Assembly (NCBI RefSeq): GCF_006345805.1
Contig: NC_043009.1
Span: forward strand, 33,976,001 to 34,040,000
Source: Octopus sinensis
Lineage: Eukaryota
Direction: 5' to 3'
DNA length: 64,000 nt
The position numbers were made by a program, and so were the translations under genes. Below, in pieces: positions 35,619 to 47,829 of the stretch; position 1 is the first letter of the stretch, and each line of letters opens with the position of its first letter. A model generated the notes under the pieces. That model was not told the DNA's origin. It was given only the letters and a program-made list of their open reading frames with translations, and did not search any database.

Positions 35619-36780
35619 TCTATTATATAAAATCCGTTCTGTCTGTCTGTGTGTGTGTGTCTTCTAGGATCTCGGGCATCCTCCATCTGAGTGCGCTCAA
35701 ATTTGATGTGTAGATACCGATGGTATCAGGGCATGTATAAGTCTTGAAAAAATTACAAAAATCAATTCCAAGGGAGAATGTGATCGATAAAGCTGTGTGA
35801 GCAAGCATTTGTACACACAAGTACATCAGCTGTTGCGGTCGATACTATGCGTACGCGAGAAAAATGCACGTGCAGTTTGCGCAAAAAAAGCCGGCTGGTT
35901 TGAAATAATGCCACAAAATGCTGTATATTTAAGAGACCAAACAAGATGCAAAAGAGATATTTTCTTCAAACTTGGCATGAAGCAAGGAAAGACTATTTGG
36001 TTTCTCAAGAAGTTTTTTCTTTTGCCTTAACTTCGTTTAACAAAACCAAAAAAATGTTATTGAAATAAAGGCATGCTTAATTATTTTTTAATGAAAAGAA
36101 AACACTGATTGCTTTTTATTCAGCAGATATGATTCAGCACCGTCCACTGGACGGGGGGGGGAGGGGTTGATCGTATATATATATATACAGAGAGACAGTG
36201 GGAGGGGGAGAGAAAGGGAAGGAGAAGTAAACAGAGTAGGAGGAGTCGCTGAAGAGGTCACAGGTGTTTCCAGAGAATGGACGTAAGATAAAGTAAGAAC
36301 AATAATAAACGATAGTGCGTGTGTTTAAGTGGCAAGAAAAAAAGACGATCTTTCGTTTTAACTCGAAATAATGTAAACATTGAATCGGTCATTTCCATGA
36401 CCACATGTTGTCTTGTCAGTTGGGAAGGGAAAGCTAATGGGTTGTGCATGCTTGTTCTTCTGCGTGTATGTGTGTGTGTGTGTGCACGTGCGTGTATGTG
36501 CGTGCTTGTTCTTCCATGTATGTGTGTGTGTGTGAGTTTTATTTTTGTATTTATATGTTGTGGAATGTAGAAATAACACACAGAGGAACAAACATGCACA
36601 AACAAGAACAAGCACGCACACACACACACACACACACACAGAGGAACAAGCACGCACAACCCATTAGCTTTCTCTTCCCAACTAACAATTGATATGACAA
36701 CATATGGTCACGGAAATGACCGATTCAATGTTTACATTGTTTCGAGTTAAAACGAAAGATCGCCGAAAAAAAATGACCGT
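35619..36780 (+). mobile_element. Helitron-like non-autonomous element (5' end visible, 3' end not found)
   Basis: A|TCTATTATATAAAA start followed by ctgtctgtgtgtgt, typical of Helitron-related 5' termini. Confidence 0.45.
36346..36762. repeat. Long inverted repeat (fold-back)
   Basis: cgatctttcgttttaactcgaaa...gggttgtgcatgcttgttc pairs with gaacaagcacgcacaaccc...ttcgagttaaaacgaaagatcg with few mismatches. Confidence 0.9.
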
Positions 36781-36810
36781 CTCAATATATATCAAAACAC
36801 ACACACACAA

Positions 36811-37780
36811 GGCGGCGAGCTGGCAGAATCGTTAGCACGCCGGGCGAAATGCATAGCCGTATTTCGTCTGCCGTTGCGTCTAAGTTCAAATTCCGCTGAG
36901 ATCGACCTTGCCCTTCATCCTTTCGGGATCAATAAATTAAGTATATAATCGACTTAATCCGTTTGTCCTCTCTGTGTTTGGCCCCTTGTGGGTAGTAAAG
37001 AAATAGGTATTTCGTCTGCCGGTGCGTTCTGAGTTCAAATTTCGCCGAGGTCGACTTTGCCTTTCATCCTTTCGGGGTCGATAAATTAAGTACCTATTTC
37101 TTTATTACCCACAAGGGGCTAAACACAGAGGGGACAAACAAGGACAGACATAGGTATTAAGTCGATTACATCGACCCCAGTGCGTAACTGGTACTTAATT
37201 TATCGACCCCGAAAAGATGAAAGGCAAAGTCGACCACGGCGGAATTTGAACTCAGAACGTAGAGACAGACGAAATACCGCTAAGCATTTCGCCCAGCGTG
37301 CTAACGATTCTGCCAGCTCGCCGCCTTTAAGTACCAGTTACGCACTGCGGTCGATATAATCGACTTAATCCGTCTGTCTGTCCTTGTTTGTCTCCTCTGT
37401 GTTTAGCTCCTTGTGAATAGTAAAGAAATAGGTATTTCGTCTGCCGGTGCGTTCTGAATTCAAATTCCGCCGAGGTCGACTTTGCCTTTCATCCTTTCGG
37501 GGTCGATAAATTAAGTACCAGTTACGCACTGCGGTCGATATAATCGACTTAATCCGTTTGTCTGTCCTTGTTTGTCTTCTCTGTGTTTGGCCCCTTGTGG
37601 GTAGTAAAGAAATAGGTATTTCGTCTGCCGGTGCGTTCTGAGTTCAAATTCCGCCAAGGTCGACTTTGACTTTCATCCTTTCGAGGTCGATAAATTAAGT
37701 ACCAGTTGTGTACTGGAGTCGATCTAATCGACAGGTCCCATCCCCTAAAATTTCGGGCTTTGTGCCTAGAATAGAAAATA
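36811..37780 (+). repeat. Tandem array of Meta-like SINE bodies behind one tRNA head
   Basis: One head, then four units rejoining at aaatag|gtatttcgtctgcc; flanked by atatatcaa(a/t)acacacac at 36787-36804 and 37781-37798. Confidence 0.85.
37095..37326 (-). mobile_element. Full-length Meta-like SINE inserted antisense into the array
   Basis: 9-bp TSD ttaagtacc at 37086-37094 and 37327-37335. Confidence 0.9.
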
Positions 37781-39523
37781 ATATATCAATACACACACCA
37801 CAACCAGCATATTTCAGTTTCATCTACTAAATCTACTCACAAGGCCTTTGGGCAGTCTGGGGCTATGGTACAAGACACATGCCCAAGATGCCACACACTG
37901 GGACTGGACCAGGAGCTATATAGTTGAGAATGTAACTTCTTGCTACACAGCCATGCTTGTACCTCTACTTCAAATATTTTGTATTCAACAATGCTTTGCT
38001 AAGTTTCTCCAGATTTTTACTTTTTTTTCTTTGGTAGTTAGTTTCCAAAATTTTCTGCTTCTTTCTTTGCGTTTTACATTTGAGAAGTGGAAACGGTTTG
38101 CTTATTCAGAATAATTTATGGTCTGTGAACAACAAATCTAGTTTCATGAGTCCGCTAATACTTCTGCTTAATGTTTCATAATTGCAATTTTTCCTTTCTC
38201 CCTTCGTTCCTTCTTTCTTCCTTGTTTTCTTTCAGTTCGCCTTTTTGTTTTTGGCCTTTCAGTTTATTTTCGTGGCTTTTATAATGTAAACTTCGTAAAA
38301 AAAAAGAAGACAATCACACACTCGTAACAAAAATCATCCAAAGAGCATCAAGGGATAACAAAACACATAATATATGTTTAAAAAACGATCCTCACATAAG
38401 TACAAGACCACAATTTGTCCAAGATTTAAGAGAATCGAAACCAGGACCCACTGATTGCGAAACGAACTTCTTAAACCATCCGGCCATACTACAAGTGTTA
38501 AACAAATGCTTGTGAAGGAAATTGGGAGGGACCGAAACTGTCTAGAAGTTCATCTGACGAATTGGACCCGTAATTCACGGGTGATTCCATTAAGGGTATG
38601 TGTGACTATGGCAATACTGTTTACTCGCTAATTTAAGGAGTGTGGTAGTCTAGCTGATCGAATTAACATTCATGGTTGAAAATTCAGACAGGACGACGGC
38701 TTTTTTTTTTTTTTTTACAAGGCCACGGAAAGGGGTCAGTTGATTATATTGGTCCCAGTATTTGACATTTTATCGATCCCGGAAGGTTGTGTATACGTAT
38801 GAATGTGCGTGTATGTACACACAAATTCGTGAGAGTCTAGGAAATTGAGATTTTGTGGTGTTCATACCTATACTACATGAGAACTTGTAAAAATAATTTA
38901 AGCGTTCCCAAATTACTATACATGTGTGGGGCGCATGTTGTATGTATGTGTACACATGTAGATTGCTTTAAATCAATTCTAATCGAACAGACCTTGGCGT
39001 TTTAATTGTGACCATCTGTACCACGTATGTATTTTTCAATAAAAACTCGAGCCAGTTGAGAGAGAACTGGTGTCGATATAAACGATTAAAACCTTTGAAA
39101 GCGGTACCCTAGTATGGCTGCAATCCAATGACTGAAACCAATAAAAGTGTATCTAGGACTATATTATCAACGAGCCCTTCTGTTTAAGACAATAGGATGT
39201 GTTGTGCATAGTAGCAGATTTAGCTATTGTTTCAAGCAAGTCAAATGACCACGTAGTCTCCAGCGTTGAGTCATTGTGAATGTTGCGAAGCTACAGGTCA
39301 ATCGTAATGGAGAAAACAAAAGATCAAAGGATATTCCAGGCTTGACCAACCCGTCCTTCTTTTTGGGCATCGTGCATCTAAGACTACATTATCTAACGTA
39401 TCTATATTTTCAAAGACGCTAGCAGTGTAATGCGAAGATTTGACTGCTATTTCTAGCAGGTTCGTATGAAGCAAATGTCACAGTTGTACTGTGTGTCTTT
39501 TCTAAGGTTTACATCAGACTTAC

Positions 39524-39628
39524 CTTGATTTTTCTACCTACAGACGTATTGGGACAGAGAATGAACCATGATTTATCCAGGTAAAAACACAAGTTGGTCA
39601 TCGTTGATTCTAATGAGGTGAACAACAT
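39524..39628 (-). CDS. Candidate first coding exon segment of an unidentified gene
   Basis: ATG-opened 35 codons (MLFTSLESTMTNLCFYLDKSWFILCPNTSVGRKIK) ending at a strong AAG|gtaagt donor; another G|gtaagg donor at 39938. No homology recognised. Confidence 0.2.
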
Positions 39629-41429
39629 CGGACATCGACCGCATTAACTGACCATTTCTTTCACATTATGAAAAAGACAAACTGTGTGTATCTACGTGTA
39701 AGTGTAAAGCTATGTACATGTGTGGTGATGAGTGTGATAGAGTATGTGTGTATGGGTTTCAGTATTTTGGACTAAGTGTGGTAGTAGTGTCAGTGCTTGT
39801 GAACATGTGCGTGTCAATATTTACGTCTCTGTGTGTGTGTGTAAGTATAAGTGTGTTCGTTCACACACTCGTCGGCTGTTGACGGTTTTTATCTTACGCT
39901 TTTTTTTTTCTTTCTAGTTTTTCTTTCTTGTCCTTACCCACCAACACACACTGAAACACGAATATAGGAAAACAATAGTGATAGACAAGCCAAATGACTT
40001 GGTGAGCATAAGAAAATGTATGAGAGAAAGAGAGCGAGTGTGTGTGTGTATGTGACCAGATAGGGACGGACAGGACCGCTGGCAAGAGGCAACAATTACT
40101 TTCAATGAAGAAACAGGAAGGGGGAAAGGAGTCGATGTAGTTTTTGGAGATTAGGGTGAACGGGTGGATACAGCAGAGTGTTAAAAATAGTAGTGGTATT
40201 GATGGGGGTGGAGGAGGAGGATGTAGTGGTGTAGGTGGTTGTGTGAGCAGTGTGGAACGAGATGTGACGAGTCATTATTGTAAGTAACATGAACAGAAGC
40301 ACTTAGTTTGGGAAGGAAGTAAAGAGAAAAGGAACACAACAGACAAATACAGATAGAACAGAATTAACATTGTCCTTTTTCTAGGTACTCAAGACGACGA
40401 GGATAACCACTGTCACTACTACACTATGCTATAGTCACTTCTTCATGTAGCCTCTTCAAGATATGGAAACATTTTGACACCATACATACTATTAATGCAC
40501 ACGTGTGCGCACACTTGGCTATATCAGTGACAAACTAGAAAGCATATATTTTCAGGTAACAAAAAAAAAAGGGTGACTAGTTAACACACACTTCTCGAAT
40601 AGTCTGTTAAAGTAAAATTATCTTAGATTTTTTCTACAGTTCAATATGCACTAGTAATCCAAATTCCAAAAATAATGTTTTGCTTCTTAGTTAGAAACCT
40701 GTTTATAGGAAAAATTTGTAGAAATTTATAAATGCCATTTACACTGGGAAAGGTGGAATTAGTTAAAACACGGGGTAATTTGAAATACTTCTTTTTGAGC
40801 AGCAAACAAAAAACCTAGTGAGGACTGTGTGGCTATCTTACAAGGGCCTCTTATACTACTTTTCAGTTATATTGGTAAAGATGTTGATACAGAATATTTT
40901 AAGTAAACAAAAATTTTCATATGTTAGAGATGTTCATGTTTCATAATTACTCAGGTCAAGAGTTAATTCATTTATTTGTTGATTGTTTGATGGAAAATAA
41001 TTGGCGAAGGCAGCGAATAATTTACTTGTTCTAATTTGTGTTGTGTACACTGCATATGTTGATCTTGTTACTATTAGTTGAAACATGATAAAATGGGTTA
41101 GGTGGAACATATTTCAATTAGTTCCACTATCCTATGTACACTGGTATGTGTAGTAGCACTTAAACTCAAAAGGAGGTCACAAGTTTGGCACTGAATATAC
41201 AAGTTGACTGCCTGAATATGTTCTACTTTGGATGGAAAATAAAATCACAGGCAACAAACCCTTCAAGTGCAAGGGTGGGGATCGGTAATCTGCATTCGGC
41301 AGAGAAGAAAAACTGCACTATTATGTTGAACTGGTTGATGAAATGAATGAGGTAACTAACAAAATTTTGAAAAGTGTTCCAAACAAAAACTTTGCACACC
41401 CCAAATTTACAATGTCCAGATGATACTGA

Positions 41430-42500
41430 AATGGTGAAAGATGTTGAATGTTGAAGACATCATTGAGGTTGATGAATGCAAAGTGTAGTGGTTTATTTTT
41501 CGCTATATGCTTCTCCTGCAGTTGCTGTACTAGAAAGACAGCATCAATAGTACTTCTTACTATTGTAACAATTGACAGTGATGCTGTTACACCAGTAGCT
41601 CACATTTGGAAGACTCTCCCATTCATTATCCACAGACAGTAGCCTTTCAGAATAGTACTTCCATGCCTCTTTCTTTTCAACATTACTAAGTGCAAGTGTA
41701 CTACTATCCTTTCATACACACTTATCTCACACATCTTGATTTTCTCTGATATACTGTTTCGCAATCAGGAACATCTCATGCCATAGAACATTAGTAAACC
41801 TCTTCCTTTGCTAAATGGATGTGTCTCCTAGCTTCTCTTCTAGCCACCTGGTATAGTTCTTTGTTACCCCATTCTACTCTTGCATCTCCGCTGTTATGGG
41901 TTTGTCTACTTCTAATTCTCACCAAGTGCTTCAATTTGAATCTCTTTATATTTTCATACCTTTCATTTCCAGTTCAGTTTGTGTCCCTACTCCTTCTTAT
42001 CTTGGTACATTCTTCACCAAGAAAGGACTTTGCATTCATAAGCATCACTATATCCTTTTTACTATTGAGGATGCAGTTCAATCTAGCTTGTGCCCACCAG
42101 ATTAATAGGCGATTAGGTGGCTGATAAGTTTTCTTAAGTTAGTGTTGCAGATCATTTGCAGCATAGAACTTCAGTTTTTTTCCCTTCTCATTTCTAGAAT
42201 CAAAGCCATTACCTCTATGTACATCATGGAATCCATTGGAGTGCTGCTAGCATGTCTGTTAAAATTACCAGCCATGAAAATAGGGTCATTGTTGGCCGTT
42301 ATCATGGTCATCTGCAGAGTGGTTCTATTGAAACAGTTTTTCTATTCATCTGCTAGTCTAGCTTGAGAAGCATATGCTAAGACAAATGTAACTGTTGTAT
42401 AATCTAAGAATAGTCATAGCTTAGCAATTCTAACATATTCTGATGACCTCAATCAATTTCTCTGCTAAAAGTATGCCTGCACCACCCACTCTGTCACTGC
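41430..42500 (-). pseudogene. Old RTE LINE fragment (APE endonuclease to start of RT)
   Basis: IFMAGNFN, GFDSRNEKG, CNTNLRK.ISHLIAY, KKEAWKYYSERLL, STIDAVFLVQQLQEKH in broken frames. Confidence 0.8.
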
Positions 42501-42699
42501 TACCTATCCAGATTTGTACCTTTGCTCCATGCCAATGAGAAGTCTAGTGGGGGTTCCCCTCATCTTACCTCCTGCAAATTGCACACATCTAAATGTCTCT
42601 TGCTTTAGCATTTTGAAAATCTTACCAGACAGGTTTTCCATTGGGTCAACATTGATCATGGCAACCCTAAGGATGTGGACTTTAAAAGAGCATCCAAAG

Positions 42700-43480
42700 C
42701 TTACACTGGGTGAATCTTAAGGAGTTTCTACCTACACATTTTCTACAGATTGAGCAGGGCTATCCACCTGAAGGGATTTGCCTTCCTTCCTACTTACTAA
42801 GACTTTGGTTTTTACTAGGTTAACTCTAAGGCCCTTTGATTCTAAACCTTGCTTCCATACCTGGAAATTCTTCTCTAGTTCAGGTAGTGATTCAGCTATA
42901 AGAGCAAGGAGCTCCCAGGGGCAGCCTGTCTTGAATTCCTCTGTTATTGCCTGGAGGATTATGATAAAGAAGAGGAGGCTGAGCACTGAACCATGGTGAA
43001 CTCCTACTTGTACCCTGAATTCTTTGCTGTACTCATTGCCAACCCTCACCTTACAGGTAGCATCCTTGTGCATAGCTTGTACAGCTCTTACCAACCATTC
43101 ATCTATCCCTAGTTTCCACATTGACTACCAGATAGGGGATTGGGGGGCCCTGTCAAAGGCTTTCTCCAAGTCAACAAAGGCCAAGTACAGGGGTTTATCT
43201 TTGCATATGTATTTCTCCTGCAGCTGCCTCACCAGAAATATAGCATCAGTGGTGCTTCTCCCTGGCACAAAACCAAACTGCATCTCATCTAAGCTAACTC
43301 TCTCCCTATTTAGTTGGGCTATGACTCTCTCTGTAACTTTCATCACCTGTTCCAGCAATTTGATACCTCTGTAATTATTTTTATCTAAGACATCACCTTC
43401 ACCTTTGTAGCAGTTGACTATGGTGCTGCTACACTAGTCATTGGGTATAACTCCTTTGTGAACCACCTGATTTACTTGAT
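42700..43480 (-). pseudogene. RTE (BovB-like) LINE reverse transcriptase fragment
   Basis: QFGFVPGRSTTDAIFLVRQLQEKY, FVDLEKAFDR, VGVHHGSVLSLL, GLRVNLVKTK; the YADD motif is missing. Confidence 0.92.
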
Positions 43481-44468
43481 TTATGTGGGTGTGTCTCTCT
43501 CACATACATGCACATAGAGTTATGTGCATATGCACACAAATATATTGTACCTATATATAGAAGATACGAGTTGCTATGGAGAGCAAATGTGCACGTCTGT
43601 CACTGAGGTGGAGGTGAGAGGAAAGTGGGATAGAATGATCTACAATGTGTTGTGTTTCATCATAATATGAAGTTGTACACTTAGCAAATACTATTAGATG
43701 CCACATGAGGATTAATAAGAATTAACCAGCTATTAGTCTGGTTAAAAGCAAAGAAGGCAACTGCCATTAAACTCTAGGCACAGTATCATTGTATCAACCA
43801 GACTATCAGATGTCGTTACACATTGCTGGTCACAATGTGCTTCCAATTCTTTCTTCATAGTGCCACACAAGGCCTGACATTTTAAGGGGAAGTGGGTAGA
43901 CTATTATATTGCTCCCACTCCTTAACTGGTACTTATTCTATCAACCCTGGATGGATGAAAGCAAAGTCAACCTTGGCAGAATTTGAACTCAGAATGTAAT
44001 TAATCAGAAGAAATGTTGCTGAGCATTTTGATTCTAATGATTCTGTCAGCCCACCACCTTGAAGATGATGATGATGATGGGGGTGGAGGTCAGAAGAAAG
44101 GCTAGAGAAAAAGAATACATCAGCACTAGTAGAGTGTATCCAGAATCTTCTGTCACATGTCCAATTCACAGACAAAACATTAAAATGTAAAGTTCTGTTC
44201 TCCCACACTCTCTTTCATGTTACTATGAGTTAAGTGGTGTGTGATTGTCTTTAAAAAAAGTGTGATTTTGTTACCACCTCAACATTGTTGGCTGTACTAT
44301 ATACACATATATATGTACATACACACATATATATTTATATTGTTATCATCATGCTCCATGCTGGCATGGGTTGGAAATATTTTTGTTGTTTTTGTAAAAT
44401 CTCAGAAAATAATTAAAAATTCACATTTTTTATCAAATTATTTTGTTATACTTGAATGTGTGTGTATG

Positions 44469-45800
44469 TGTAGTTGAACCTTTGAACTCCGCACATTTTT
44501 TTCTCCCTCCGATTTTTTCCTCTTAATCTTTTTTGTTGAAGAGTGTAGGCTTGAAACTTATAAGACTTTTCCATTCTTCCCAAGCATTAAACTAATACAC
44601 CTGCTTGTTGTTCCTACACCTGTCTTCATCTTTTGTTTTCTGTAAATTTGAACTATATATATTACATGCTCACATGGTTACCCCAGTTTACCGAACTTCC
44701 TACCCTCTTGGATTTTCATCTTAATTACTTCCCGAACTTTCAGTACCTCTCCTCATTCACATAACCAGCATTCCACCCAGATTACCACTGGATCTTCATA
44801 CTCTTCTGGACTCTACCTCCATGGATCTTACTGGCTATTTTCATTGATGTAAATCACTCTAATATACCACAACTTTTGAACTTTCTGAACTTTTAAACTC
44901 CATACGTTAATAACTCTGCCATTCTCTCTCCATTTTAACATTTTCACTTTTTTCTCCTTTTTCCAGCATGCCTAATTATAAATCCTCCCTCCTCCACGTT
45001 CAACACCAGCTCAAAAAACACCTTACCACACTTCCTTTCTGCTGATTTCAACCTTCTATTAATCTTCTACTCATTTTCAAAAAAACACGCTACTGTAGTA
45101 ATGTTTCCTTTCTTAGTCACTGCCTTCATCACCGCCTCATCCCCAAAGGTTTCTGCCTCCGTTTCCACCCTATCTTCCATTCTACTTCTGCCATCTTATC
45201 CATACTCCACACCACTTCCTGCCACCATTCATTCTAGCCTTTCCAAAATATACTCCCTTGACCACCTTCTCCCTCTTGCTTATTCCACCTTTTTTTCCTG
45301 CTATTCACCATCCGTTGCACATTCCATCATACCCTTTATCCTCCACCTCAACCACCTTCTCCACAACTTTCTTGCTTACACTAAACTCCACTCACTTTCT
45401 CATCCTGTCCCATCCGATCCACTCCCCCTCCCTCCTCAATCCATTCCCCTCCCTCCTCGATCCACTCCCCATCCTCCTCGATCCATGCCCCATCCGCACT
45501 CCCACTCTTCCATTACTCCAACCTTCCTACACACCACTTCCTCCTCTCTCTCCTCCCAGCCTTCCACTGCCTCCAGGTCATCTTGTCATGTGTGACCATT
45601 GAACTTTGCACATTTTTTTCTCTCTCTGTTCTCTTTCATTCTCTCTCCATTTTTTCCCTCTTAATCCCTTCTGTCAAAGAGCGTAGGCTCGAAATGTAAA
45701 AGACTTTCCCATTCTTCCCGAGCGTTAAACTAATACACCTGCCTGTTGCTCCTACACTTGTCTTTATCTTTTGTTTTGTGTAAATTTGAACTATATATAT
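44469..45800 (+). mobile_element. About 200-bp direct repeats (Penelope pLTR-like) enclosing a 0.93-kb CT-rich core
   Basis: 44469-44660 matches 45596-45800 (gaagag(c/t)gtaggct(c/t)gaaa...aagactttcc...ttaaactaatacacctgc...gtaaatttgaactatatat); a related terminus lies on the minus strand at about 52355-52495. Confidence 0.65.
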
Positions 45801-46409
45801 TTCAAAAGAATGTGTTATAATACTATTCCACATATACAAAAACAGCCATACCAACAATCCAACATACCTCCATCAGCAGCTGCCCCACGAGTATCATTAT
45901 GGTTTCGACACCTGAGCAGTAACCATTCAGTCCGGCAGTGTCAAATAAGTGTTGCTTGGGAACAAACATACCAAAGAAACCTGTATGTATGTTTGTGTGA
46001 ATGTAATGTATATATTATATATATCTGTGTATGTGCATGCGTACATGCATGCATATGTATATAAAATCATAATCATCATCATTTAAGATCTGTTTTTGAT
46101 GCTAAGATGGGTTGGACAGTTTGACAAGATCCAACGAACTAGAGGACAATATTGAGCTCTAGTCTCTGTTTTACTATGTTTAGAACAGCTGGATGCCCTT
46201 TCTAATGCCAACCAATTTACAGAGTGTATTGAACGCTTTTACTGTGCTACAAGCACTAGTGAGGTCATCAAATGATTCACAAGACAAAGAGAAAAATCCT
46301 TGACTGAAAAGAGTTGTAGTGAAGAAGGAGTTGGCTCTATGCTAGATGTTGAGAAGCTTAAGTATGATAGGGCAATGTCAGCTGCTGAGATATTAAAGTA
46401 TGATGTGGA

Positions 46410-46490
46410 GTAGCCATGTATTTCCTCTATGACCCTTGCTTGCTATGCAAGGGACAGGTATCTTGCTACGAAGAGGAGATGCATGGCTAC
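46410..46490. repeat. Short hairpin formed by inverted copies of a repeat end
   Basis: gtagccatgtatttcctct / agaggagatgcatggctac (17 of 19 bases complementary) plus inner cccttgc / gcaaggg; the same motif occurs near 62720-62755. Confidence 0.7.
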
Positions 46491-47249
46491 CCAGTATTAT
46501 ACAAGAGCGGGTGGGACTGGATAGAAGATTATGATGGTGGTTACAAGGTGTCAGAGTGTACTCTTAAGATACAAGAAAGTGAGTATAAGAAAGAATATGG
46601 ACAAAGAATTGGTAAAGCTGGGTAGATAAGTTTGTTAAAGTGTGAATGGAGAGTGACTAATGGTCAAAGATGGATGAAGGTGAGAGAATAAGAATGGTCC
46701 CGGAAGATGATAATTGGCAGCAGAGGAAGAGAGGAGAGAAGAAAACATGGAGATGATGTGTGGCATGAGAAAGATATGCACACTAATAGTGATTGATGCC
46801 AGAGGTCTGTATGAGTAGCTGTAGTGAGTGAGAGATAAAAATAAGGTGAGGCTATTGATAGCAGGTATGCCAAGGTGATACAAATTAGAAGTTGGTGTTA
46901 AAGATAAGATAATGGTAGTCCTACAATGTATCTGAGAGGAAGGGGTGATTGGTAATGATACTGAGAGGAAGGGATGGATTTTTAAAAGAAAGTGGTTCCA
47001 GGGCGTGGGTGGAAGTAACTAGCAAAGGGATGATTAAATATGCGCATATTCTGTTCTCATATAATTATAGCAGCTGAATAATGCATGCCATAATTAGAAA
47101 AGTGGTGGGATGGCTGTTAGGAATATGACAAGTAGAGAAGGCTTACTAGGACAGTTTGGGTGTAGGGACAAAGCCTAGTGAGTGTGTAAAACATAAACAC
47201 AGTGCTTTTAGTTCAATCACTTTTGTTGAGCCAGATGGGTCTTCTTTAG

Positions 47250-47780
47250 CACAGTAAATTGCCAATCATCTCAATCCTTTGTTATCTCTTCAATGAGGCT
47301 CAACACCTTGAGATCAGCCTTTATTATTTTGTCCCATATTTTTATGGGTCTTCTTCCACAATTTCCATCCACATTTAGCAATTAACACATTTTTTTGTGC
47401 AGCTGTTCTCATTCATATGTATCACATGTCCACACCAGCACATCCTTCTCTCTTGCACACTGAATCTAATTCCTCTTATAATAATGACATTTGCACTTTG
47501 TCATTAACAGACACACTGACACTGAACATCTAATGGCATATACAATTTTCATTCATTTCTGATATTTCTATGTCCTTTGCATTTGGGGCCCTCATCTCAC
47601 TACCATGTAGTATGGTTGTTTGTACATAAGCATCATACAATCTAACTTTCAAACTCAGAGAAAGACCTTTTGCTAAGAGTGTAGGTAACAGTTCTCTGAA
47701 CTTACCCCATCTTGTTCTTATTCTAGCAACTATACTTTCAGAAGTCTCCTCCACTGGTAATTTGGTCACCTAAGTACTAG
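47250..47780 (-). pseudogene. RTE LINE C-terminal fragment
   Basis: ESIVARIRTRWGKFRELLPTLLAKGLSLSLKVRLYDAYVQTTILHGSE. Confidence 0.85.
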
Positions 47781-47829
47781 GCTTTGCAAAAGTCCTGTTA
47801 CACTTAGTTTTGCTATTTCAAGAGGTTAA

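Noticed and set aside
36811-37780. Regularly repeated units superficially like a CRISPR array
   Set aside because: Units are about 180-bp SINE bodies without unique spacers, in eukaryotic DNA with no cas genes.
45101-45595. 164-aa Pro/Ser/His-rich ORF
   Set aside because: Explained by CT-rich composition; no domain motif recognised.
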